From positions 96,001-160,000 of the forward strand of contig CBDBHR010000030.1 of assembly GCA_965205865.1 (NCBI GenBank): a DNA stretch of 64,000 bases. The letters are read 5' to 3'. The notes beneath the pieces were generated by a model that had not been told where the DNA came from, ran no database searches, and saw only the letters and a list, made by a program, of their open reading frames with translations. Position numbers and translations under genes: made by a program. This DNA is from a bacterium. GTDB taxonomy: Bacteria; SAR324; NAC60-12. This document shows positions 20,170 to 28,425 of this stretch, piece by piece (the first letter of the stretch is position 1; each line of letters opens with the position of its first letter).

Positions 20170-21741
20170 ATGACTAATCGACGTGACCAAACTTACTATG
20201 AATCATCCATCTGGTGCTACACCGACAAGTTGAGCTTTTTGCCAGGTGAAACCATCGCATTTCGTGTCTCCAGTCCGGAACCTGCGTTTGCTTGCAGGAT
20301 TTCTCGTCTCGGCGCCCAGGAAGTTGTTGTCTTTGAACAAGGTGGCTATAGCGCCGCGCCCCAAGAGATTCCTGACGATGTTTACCGAACGGGTTGTCAT
20401 TGGCCCGTTGCGTTTGAACTGAACATTCCCGTGGAATGGAGGAGTGGTTATTATCGTGCGCAGCTGATTGCGGAAAATTCGGATTGCGAGCATTTTGTGG
20501 TGATCAAAAATCCGACCCCGGGAAGACAAGCCAAGCTTGCTTTTGTACTCGCAACCAATACCTGCCATGCCTATAATGCTTGGGGAGGGATGTGCCTCTA
20601 TGGGACGGACGATCCGAAAGCCTTTACGAATCCTAAGCTTGATTTGAAAGGAGATCGATCTCCGATTTTGTCCCTGGAGCGGCCGTTTTCCCGCTATCTG
20701 ATCGCCTCGCCGGTGAAGATGCGTTTGGGTGCGAGGACACCTCGCGGGTTTCTGGAAAATGCAAACAGGGCGGACTTCGCGCTTAATCGAGTATTGGAGC
20801 TGGATTTTCCGATATGGGAACCGTGCGCAGGCTTTCTCAATAATTGGGAACATCAGTTTGTGGTATGGGCTGAAGCAAATGGCTATGAGTTGGATTACTA
20901 TGCCCAGTACGATCTGGATGAAAACCCGGAGTGCTTATTCCCTTATCAATGTTATCTGAGTGTCGGCCATGATGAATATTGGTCCTGGGCTGAACGCGAC
21001 GCCGTAGAATCATTTACCGAACAAGGCGGCAAGGCGTTCTTCATGTCTGGGAACACCAGTTATTGGCAAGTGCGTTTTCACCAAGAAGGCAGGGAGATGG
21101 TGGGTTATAAATACGACACATTGGAAAAAGATCCCATTGTGGGCACCAAGGATGAAAAATACATGTCCGGCATGTGGTCTGATCCGCTGACGGGTCGACC
21201 TGAAACCCAGATGACGGGAACGACTTTCACCCGGGCAGGCTATGCCAGAATCGGTTTGACTGCTAGTGCAGGGGTCGGGGGTTATACCGTATACCGGCCG
21301 GACCATTGGGCTCTTGAAGGCACAGAGCTTTGTTATGGGGATGTGTTTGGGCAAGAGAATATTTTGTGTAGTTATGAAATGGATGGGTGCGCCTACACCA
21401 TCCGGGAGGGACTGCCGGTTCCTACAGGGGAAGATGGGACCTCACTCGACTTTGAGATCATCGCCACCGCGCCTGCATCCCTCGGTGAACCTGAAAACAC
21501 AAAACTGCCAGGAAGGATTGGCAATGTTGATGACTCTTTCGTGGCAAAACGGATTTTTGGGGCTGATACGAAAGAGAATCGTGATCGAGCGAGGCGAGGT
21601 CAAGCCACCATGGGCACCTTCAAAAAAGGACGTGGAGAAGTTTTCTCGGTGGGCACCACCGAATGGGCTTGGGGTTTAGCCGAGGGAAATCCTTATGTCG
21701 ACCGCATCACCCGAAATGTATTGGATCGGTTCTTGAAGTGA
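20170..21741 (+). CDS. N,N-dimethylformamidase large subunit-like protein
   Basis: WRSGYY, TNT.HAYNAWGG..LY, LS.ERP, SVGHDEYWS, SGNT.YWQVR, YE.DG, VFSVGT..W...L. Confidence 0.82.
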   Translation: MTNRRDQTYYESSIWCYTDKLSFLPGETIAFRVSSPEPAFACRISRLGAQEVVVFEQGGYSAAPQEIPDDVYRTGCHWPVAFELNIPVEWRSGYYRAQLIAENSDCEHFVVIKNPTPGRQAKLAFVLATNTCHAYNAWGGMCLYGTDDPKAFTNPKLDLKGDRSPILSLERPFSRYLIASPVKMRLGARTPRGFLENANRADFALNRVLELDFPIWEPCAGFLNNWEHQFVVWAEANGYELDYYAQYDLDENPECLFPYQCYLSVGHDEYWSWAERDAVESFTEQGGKAFFMSGNTSYWQVRFHQEGREMVGYKYDTLEKDPIVGTKDEKYMSGMWSDPLTGRPETQMTGTTFTRAGYARIGLTASAGVGGYTVYRPDHWALEGTELCYGDVFGQENILCSYEMDGCAYTIREGLPVPTGEDGTSLDFEIIATAPASLGEPENTKLPGRIGNVDDSFVAKRIFGADTKENRDRARRGQATMGTFKKGRGEVFSVGTTEWAWGLAEGNPYVDRITRNVLDRFLK

Positions 21742-21762
21742 AGTTCACTCTTCACTGATGGG

Positions 21763-21809
21763 GAATGAAGCCTGATACTCCGACGCTTGCTGCGGGGAGT
21801 GGCTTCATT
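21763..21809. terminator. Hairpin downstream of the DMFase-like gene (terminator or REP-like)
   Basis: AATGAAGCC...GGCTTCATT outer stem with inner ACTCC/GGAGT. Confidence 0.45.
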
Positions 21810-21954
21810 GAAGCTATTCATCAGCAAGAAGCCGCGACATGGTGTCTCCCACATGAGCTGGCAGAGCGTCAATAGTTGAAATATCGGCTAGAAGACCAGT
21901 GAAATTGGGCATTGCAAAAGAGTCTGAAAATCACTGGAATCAAATTTTTAACAA

Positions 21955-22460
21955 ACATGGCTCGACTCCCTGGTGCACTCCGGTCCAGGAAGGGGTGGTT
22001 GAAGGAGACCGTGCCCCATCTGGTCTATTATCAGTATAACAATGTGGAAAATCTTCTGGAAACGGCTGAGCGATATCTGATATGGATGTTTTTTGCTGTC
22101 GTTCTTGCCGAGCACGATTTGGCAGGGATCGTGGTTTCCGCGTTCAAACACGATGCGAGAGTCGATCAGGAAATGCCTCAACCGGTATTTGCGAAAACGG
22201 CTCGGAGAATCTGTGATGAAACGGGAGCCGCTTTGATCCTGGATGATGTGAGAGCCGGGATGCGCTTGAGTTTGGATGCCAGTTGGACCCTGGTGAATTT
22301 CCAACCGGATCTCACTACCTGAGGGAAAACATTGGCCAATGGCTTGAGCCTCTCTGCAGTGACCGGAAACGATGCCTTTCGAAAAGCGGCCGCTAGTATT
22401 TTTGTCACAGGATCGTTTTGGTACCAAGCTCCTCCGATGGCAGCAGCCTTAGCAACTTTT
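21955..22460 (+). pseudogene. Degraded paralog of the class III aminotransferase
   Basis: HGSTPWCTP..., YYQYNNVE, SAFKHD, LILDDVRAG; frameshift, TGG>TGA at ~22320, both ends missing. Confidence 0.88.
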
Positions 22461-22462
22461 TT

Positions 22463-22575
22463 GTTGTTGTTTAATTTAGTTGAGGTTTAAGTTGTTATTT
22501 CCCCTTTGTCAAAGGGGAGCTTATGGATCTTCATCTTTACACCCCTTCAATTTGTTTAGCAATCCTTTGCCTCCG
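22463..22575 (+). repeat. ~110-bp direct repeat with 24716-24830 (SDR tail plus intergenic hairpin)
   Basis: TTGTTGTTTAATTTAGTTGAGGT...CCCCTTTGTCAAAGGGGAGC...TTTACACCCCTTCAATTTGTTTAGCAAT occurs at both sites. Confidence 0.92.
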
Positions 22576-23389
22576 GCTGATGAGGTCCTGCCAGGGGCGA
22601 TTGTGGCACGTTAGTCCGGAATCCACGCGCAAGTTGAGTCCGGTGGTGTGAAGGCTCTCATCGCTTGCCAAATACAAGGCAGCGTAGGCAATGTCTTCCG
22701 GGGTGCCTGCCCGTTTGAGCCCTACATTCTCATCAAAAAATTCGGTAAGCCGTTGCGCCCGAATGGCATTTTCCTCATCAGATTGGGAATGATGCCCCCC
22801 CCAAAAGATTGGGGGTGACGATGGCACCTGGAGAAATGCAATTGACCCGGATGCTATGTTCGCCCTGTTCAACCGCCCAGACCTTGGTCATATGGATCAC
22901 CGCGGCTTTGGTACCGCAGTAAAGGGGGCCGGAACCATCGGTGGTCACCCCGGCGGTGCTGCCATTGTTGATGATACTGCCCCCGCCTTGCTGTTTCATG
23001 ATCGGCGCCACGTATTTGATGCCAAGGTAACAAGAAGCGAGGTTGGTTTTAAAGAGGGCGTCGAAATCTTCCATCGTAAATTATTCCGCCAGGACATACT
23101 TCTGCCCAATCCCGGCATTGTTGAACAGTACATCAAGGCGTCCCCACTTTTCCATGGTGGTGTCGACCAAGGCCTTCACATCGGCTTCGACGGAGACATC
23201 GGTGCGCTTGAAAATCGCATTCTCGCCGAGCCTATTGGCCAGGGCTTGTCCGGCTTCCTCACCTCGGGCGGCAATCACCACCCGGGCGCCTTCCTCGACA
23301 AACAATTCTACAGTGCCGGTCCCCATGCCACTGTTGCCTCCGGTAACGATGGCCACTTTGCCGGCCAGTCTTCCATTGTTTTTTGTCAT
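22537..23389 (-). pseudogene. SDR with two frameshifts, paralog of 23862-24704
   Basis: TGGNSGMG, NNAG, YCGTK in three consecutive ORF pieces, with breaks at ~23080 and ~22800. Confidence 0.88.
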
Positions 23390-23437
23390 TGTCTTCTCCT
23401 CTTTATTTTAGGATTATTTTGATGTTAATTTTAGCGC

Positions 23438-23835
23438 CTGAGCCGCCTGATCCACGGGGCTCGCATCTCGCTATTCGTCGGGCTGACGGCGACCACGCCG
23501 CATGTTGTAGTCGCGGCGTTGATCGGCGGCACCGCCGGTTTTCTCGGTGGGAGATTCGACCTGGTGGCGCAGCGCTTCATCGACGCGTGGATGGCGATGC
23601 CGGGGCTGTTGTTGTTGCTGACGATCATGTCGCTGACGGGCCCTGGCTTAGTGCAGATCATTCTCGTTCTCGGTTTATCCTCCGGCGTCACCAATTCCAG
23701 GGTGGCGCGCAGTGCCGTCATCGCCATCAAGGAGAACGACAACTTCCAGGCAGCCCTGGCGGTTGGAACCAGCAAGAGCCGGATCTTCATCCGCCATGCG
23801 CTGCCCAATATTATGCCTCCGATCATCATTCTGGT
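23438..23835 (+). pseudogene. Internal DppC fragment
   Basis: LSRLIHGARISL...RHALPNIMPPIII; no start or end. Confidence 0.85.
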
Positions 23836-23861
23836 TGAGGCGCCAAGCGGTGAAGGGAAGC

Positions 23862-24704
23862 TCACTCTCCAGCAATTTTTTGATTTCTTTCAATGTGTCC
23901 ATCGACCAATTCCGATGAGGGAGCCATCCGCACTGTGATGCCCGCATCGACCATCAGATTGTGTCCGGTAGTGTGGCGGCTTTCATCGCTGGCAAAATAT
24001 AAGGCCGCATAGGCAATGTCTTCCACGGTACCTGCATGGCTAAGCGGTAACACTTTATCAAAATATTCAGCCAACCGTTGGGTCCGGCGTTCGTTTTCCT
24101 CGGCAGATTGCGTATGGTGGCCTCCCCAGAAAATGGGGGTGACGATCGCTCCCGGGGAAATGCAATTGATGCGAATCCCAAATTCTGCCAACTGGGTGGC
24201 CCAGACTTTTGTCATATGGATCACCCCGGCTTTGCTTGCCGCATAGAGCGGGCCTGAACCATCAGTGGTCACTCCGGCGGTGCTGCCATTGTTGATGATG
24301 CTGCCACTGCCCTGCTTTTTCATCACTGGCGTCACATATTTGAGAGCAAGAAAACAGGAACCGAGATTGGTCATCAATATCCGATTGAAATTTTCCACGG
24401 TAAACTCTTCCGGGGGAAGAAAGGGTTCTCCGATCCCGGCATTGTTGAACAAGACGTCCACGCGTCCCCATTTGTCTACGGTGGCGTCGATCAACGTATT
24501 GACGTCGGCTTCCACCGAGACATCGGTACGGATGAAATGAGCATTTTCGCCCAATCGGTCTGCCAATGCCTGTCCGAGTTCTTCTCCCCGGGCGGCAATC
24601 ATCACCCGGGCGCCTTCGGCAACATATAATTCCACCGTGCCCGCACCCATGCCACTGTTGCCTCCGGTGACGATCGCAACTTTGTCTGCAAGTCTTCCTG
24701 CCAT
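23862..24704 (-). CDS. Short-chain dehydrogenase/reductase
   Basis: AGGAG RBS; TGGNSGMG, NNAG, YAASK. Confidence 0.92.
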   Translation of the reverse strand: MAGRLADKVAIVTGGNSGMGAGTVELYVAEGARVMIAARGEELGQALADRLGENAHFIRTDVSVEADVNTLIDATVDKWGRVDVLFNNAGIGEPFLPPEEFTVENFNRILMTNLGSCFLALKYVTPVMKKQGSGSIINNGSTAGVTTDGSGPLYAASKAGVIHMTKVWATQLAEFGIRINCISPGAIVTPIFWGGHHTQSAEENERRTQRLAEYFDKVLPLSHAGTVEDIAYAALYFASDESRHTTGHNLMVDAGITVRMAPSSELVDGHIERNQKIAGE

Positions 24705-24888
24705 TGTGTTCTCCTTTGTTGTTGTTTAATTTAGTTGAGGTTCAAGTAGTTATTTCCCCTTTGTCAAAGGGGAGCTTATGGATCTTCATCTTTACACCCC
24801 TTCAATTTGTTTAGCAATGCTTTGCCTCCTTCTGATGAAAAAGATTTATAATCGCCCTGAAAATGTTTCTCAAGCTTTTTTTTAAATG

Positions 24889-25148
24889 GGGCAGACTTGC
24901 AAGTTTGCAAAAATGGGAGCCAACGTATTTTTCGATGACAGCGACTCTCGTCGCTTTTATCAGTCTCCGATTTGAAATCTGCAACAATCCGGGAAGTGGC
25001 AAATGCTCTCACGCGAGATGATTCTACTATCAGTCGTGGCGCGCATAAGTTGAGAGAAAGATTGAAGGAATCCACAAATCTCCAAGAGCGGTTAAAAGAA
25101 CTCAACCTAAAAATGTTTTCTTAAATTCACAAACTTGCAAGCCTGACC
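24889..25148 (+). mobile_element. Internally deleted Y1/RAYT-type element with inverted ends
   Basis: GGGCAGACTTGCAAGTTTG and CAAACTTGCAAGCCTGACC (17/19 inverted match) enclose NGSQRIF/DDSDSRRFY and an HTH-like ATIREVANALTRDDSTISRG. Confidence 0.65.
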
Positions 25149-25315
25149 ATTTCATATTCTTTTACAACCTGTGGTAAAGTCACACCATTTGACTGAATGA
25201 TCACAATTCGTTGATGATACATTAAAATCAAAGCAGACGCTTATTCTATTGTGAAACAATAGTAGTTGCATTTGTCAGGCAGTACTAAGAATTTAAAATC
25301 AATGAGGTAAATCTT

Positions 25316-25702
25316 ATGGGAAGAATTATGGCGTCCGTCAGCATCAGTAACGTGCTGGATATCGAAAAAAAAATACGCTGTGATACGCTGGTTGATACCG
25401 GAGCCTCTTTGCTGGTGCTGCCTTCGGCATGGCGAGATAGGTTGGGTGAACTGCCCGTGATTCGTCAGCTTGAAATGGAAACAGCAACGCAAGATGCTGT
25501 CGAAGCAATAATCTGCGCACCTGTAAATCTCCGGATCGAGGAATTCCCTCCGATCGTGACTGAGGTCGCTTTTGTGGAAATGACCCCGAAAAACGGAGAA
25601 TATGAGCCCCTTCTCGGATACATCCCACTTGAGCAGTCTCAAGCTGCTGTCGACATGCTCGGGCAGCGGCTCGTTTTTGTTAAGCGGCTGGACCTCAAAT
25701 GA
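25316..25702 (+). CDS. Clan AA (retropepsin-like) aspartic protease
   Basis: LVDTGAS catalytic motif and PLLG..PLE. Confidence 0.82.
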   Translation: MGRIMASVSISNVLDIEKKIRCDTLVDTGASLLVLPSAWRDRLGELPVIRQLEMETATQDAVEAIICAPVNLRIEEFPPIVTEVAFVEMTPKNGEYEPLLGYIPLEQSQAAVDMLGQRLVFVKRLDLK

Positions 25703-25840
25703 CATCGTCGAACATGGCACTGGGGCTGATCCTGATTACTCGCCGCTTCGCTATGAGCATTCAGGAAAACTCAGTTTGTCGTTAGCGGGAATATTGCTTA
25801 TCCGGTACAGATATCAAACTAAAGGAAAGGGATGCTCAAA

Positions 25841-25990
25841 ATGAAAGGACAATTCGAAGATAAAGTCGCACTGATAACGGGTGGAAGTTCAGTGATTGGT
25901 CGGGCAACTGCCCTGGCGTTGGCCAGGGAAGGGACAATGGTCGTGGTTGCCGATCTCAACGTTTCTGAGGGCGAGAAAATTAAGCTCTGA
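25841..25990 (+). pseudogene. SDR N-terminal fragment
   Basis: MKGQFEDKVALITGGSSVIGRATALALAREG..VVVAD then stop. Confidence 0.8.
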
Positions 25991-26041
25991 TCAAAGTTAG
26001 CGGTTTTCGAGAGCAACCCGGTGGAGATTGCCTTTTAGGCG

Positions 26042-26736
26042 CTATGCCTCCGACATGATGACGGCACCAATGTTGATGGAGAAGATGATGATGAGGGGCG
26101 GCATGATATTGGGCAGCACATGCCGCCTCAGGGTGGTGGGCAAAGGACTGCCCAGGGCTTTCGCCGCCAGAAAGTAATCATTCTCTTTAATGGCGATCAC
26201 GGCGCCCCGCACGACTCGGGAGCCGCCGATGCCTCCAGCGATCCCCAAGACCAGGATGATCTGTGGCAAACCCCGCCCCACGATGGACATGATGGTTAAC
26301 AAGAGCAGTAGTCCCGGGAAGGCCATCCAGTCATCGACAAAGCGCTGTATGGCCAGGTCACTTTCCCTCCCAGGAATCCGGAAAGGCCGCCGACCAGGAG
26401 CGCGACGAGCACATTGAGCGTGGTCGCGGCTAGACCGACCCCTAAGGAAATCCGCGCTCCGTGGATCAGGCGGCTCAATAAGTCCCGCCCGACGTGGTCG
26501 GTTCCGAGGAGATACTGGGCCGAGGCCTCCTGCATCCGGTCTCTCAAGTGGATTTTATTATAAGGATAAGGTGCCAGCGCATCGGCAAAGAGACTGAGCC
26601 CGATCAAGAGCAGGATGATCACCCCGCCGAGCATCCCGAGGGGTTTCTCCTTGAGAAGCCTGATGAAGAAATCCGCAAACCGGCCCCGTCGCTTGGGCAT
26701 ACTTTCTACTGATGGTGTTTCTTGGGTGTTGCTCAT
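26042..26736 (-). pseudogene. DppC-like permease, frameshifted (~26360) and 3'-truncated
   Basis: LGTDHVGRDLLSRLIHGARISL / AFPGLLLLL...RHVLPNIMPP...SEA*. Confidence 0.88.
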
Positions 26737-26759
26737 GTTCTCGATTTTTCTATAACACA

Positions 26760-26938
26760 GTCCCGGAGGGACAAAAGGGAATAGCCCAGCAATTCATTGC
26801 TGGGAAAGGGAAACTCCCTCCTCCTCAGCTAGTCCCAGAGGGACGACACTTCTTCGATCTAGCGAGTTACTGCTAAATATAACGCTCATCATATTCGAAA
26901 TTATGCTTGCATGGAACATGAAACCTCATTGTTGTGTC
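26760..26938 (-). mobile_element. Collapsed REP-flanked IS200-like Y1 transposase
   Basis: Minus strand KHNFEYDERYI* (~26871-26908), followed by palindromes GTCCCTCTGGGAC, CCCAGCAATGAATTGCTGGG and GTCCCTCCGGGAC. Confidence 0.7.
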
Positions 26939-27320
26939 GTCCCTCCGGGACTTTGAAGGAGACTGTCATTTGTTCCCAGCGATGAATCGCTGGGAACTTC
27001 CTTTCGTCCCTCCGGGACTTCTGCTGACAAAGGAGACTGTCATTTGTTCCCAGCGATAAATCGCTGGGCTACTTCCTTTCGTCCCTCCGGGACTTCTGTT
27101 GACAAAGGAGACTGTCATTTATTCCCAGCGATGAATCGCTGGGTTACTTCCTTTCGTCCCTCCGGGACTTCTGCTGACAAAGGAGACTGTCATTTATTCC
27201 CAGCGATGAATCGCTGGGCTACTTCCTTTCGTCCCTCCGGGACTTCTGCTGACAATGGAGACTGTCATTTGTTCCCAGCGATGAATCGCTGGGCTACTTC
27301 CTTTCGTCTCTCCGGGACTT
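26939..27320 (+). repeat. Tandem array of 75-bp palindromic REP-like units (5 units plus a terminal half unit)
   Basis: GTCCCTCCGGGAC starts at 26939, 27006, 27081, 27156, 27231 and (one mismatch) 27306; units also carry CCCAGCGATGAATCGCTGGG. Confidence 0.95.
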
Positions 27321-27367
27321 CTTCTGGCAGACGAATCTCAAACCTGTATTTACCAGAAACATAACGA

Positions 27368-28324
27368 TTATTCATACCGGATCCTGGGGTCCAAATAGGC
27401 ATAAATGAGGTCGATGATGAGATTGTTCAACAAAACGATGCAGGCGAAAAACAGGTTGACCCCGGAGACCACCGGGTAATCCCGGTCTGAGAGGGCATCC
27501 ACCAGGAGACGGCCCAAGCCCGGCAGGTTAAAGAGGTTTTCCATGATGACGGCGCCTCCGACCACGAGAGGCAACTGCAAGCCGACCAGGGTGACGACCG
27601 GGATGAGGGCATTTTTGATGGCGTGTCTCAGCACGACCGTTTGTTCCTTGAGCCCCTTGGCCCAGGCGGTCCTGATGTAGTCCTGCCGCAGCACCTCCAG
27701 CATCATGGTGCGAGTCAGGCGCATGGTGCCGGCCGAGAGGGCCGTCCCCAGAATCAGGCTGGGAATGACCAGGATCCCCAGGTGGCCCCACGGGTCTTCG
27801 GCAAAAGGCACCAACTCCATCGGGGGCGACCAGCCCCACCAGATGGCCGGGTAGATCATCACCATCGTTCCCAGCCAGAAGTTGGGGGTGGCCAGGCCGA
27901 GAATCGCCAGGATGCGGCCCGCGTAGTCCGCGACCGTATCCTGGCGCACCGCCGAGTAGATGCCGACAGGCAGCGCGATCACCAGCCCAATGAGGATGGC
28001 CATGATGCCCAACTCCAGGGTGATAGGCATACGATCGAAGAGCCGCTCCTCGATCGGCCAACCTCCCAGCAGCGATTCGCCGAGGGTGCCGCGCAGCAGG
28101 ATGCCGCCGATCCAGCGTCCGTACTGCACATGGATCGGCAGGTCCAGTCCCAGCTTCCGCTCGACTGCTTCACGGTCAACCCTGCCTCCCCCAAATTCTA
28201 TCCGACCCGCTATGACGTCTATGACATCGCCCGGCAGGAAACGTACCGAGAGAAAGACCAGGATGCTCAAGAGAAACAGGGTCGGGATCAGCAGCAAGAG
28301 CCGCCTGGTGAGATAGGCACTCAT
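27368..28324 (-). CDS. Peptide/nickel ABC permease (DppB-like), intact
   Basis: MSAYLTRRLL..., EAA-type motif QDYIRTAWAKGL...RHAIKN, LDPRIRY. Confidence 0.92.
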   Translation of the reverse strand: MSAYLTRRLLLLIPTLFLLSILVFLSVRFLPGDVIDVIAGRIEFGGGRVDREAVERKLGLDLPIHVQYGRWIGGILLRGTLGESLLGGWPIEERLFDRMPITLELGIMAILIGLVIALPVGIYSAVRQDTVADYAGRILAILGLATPNFWLGTMVMIYPAIWWGWSPPMELVPFAEDPWGHLGILVIPSLILGTALSAGTMRLTRTMMLEVLRQDYIRTAWAKGLKEQTVVLRHAIKNALIPVVTLVGLQLPLVVGGAVIMENLFNLPGLGRLLVDALSDRDYPVVSGVNLFFACIVLLNNLIIDLIYAYLDPRIRYE

Positions 28325-28380
28325 GGGACGGATCTCATCATTTTTAAAATTAGCAGGGAAACGCGGGGTATCCTGGAGTG

Positions 28381-28402
28381 GACCGGGCATTACTGCCCGG
28401 TC
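28381..28402. terminator. Intercistronic hairpin between dppA and dppB
   Basis: GACCGGGCA-TTAC-TGCCCGGTC perfect 9-bp stem. Confidence 0.55.
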
Positions 28403-28425
28403 CACAAGTGCTTCCAGTCGGCCTG

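Noticed and set aside
10230-22325. In-frame TGA codons (~10234, ~22320) as selenocysteine, given selB
   Set aside because: The 22320 TGA aligns to Trp in the intact paralog, and both genes carry other stops or frameshifts
26939-27320. Possible CRISPR array
   Set aside because: The whole 75-bp unit repeats with no unique spacers, and there are no cas genes in the window
27044-27364. ORF with 25-aa repeats (FPAMNRWATSFRPSGT...)
   Set aside because: By-product of a stop-free 75-bp DNA repeat; no RBS, and it lies antisense within the dpp operon
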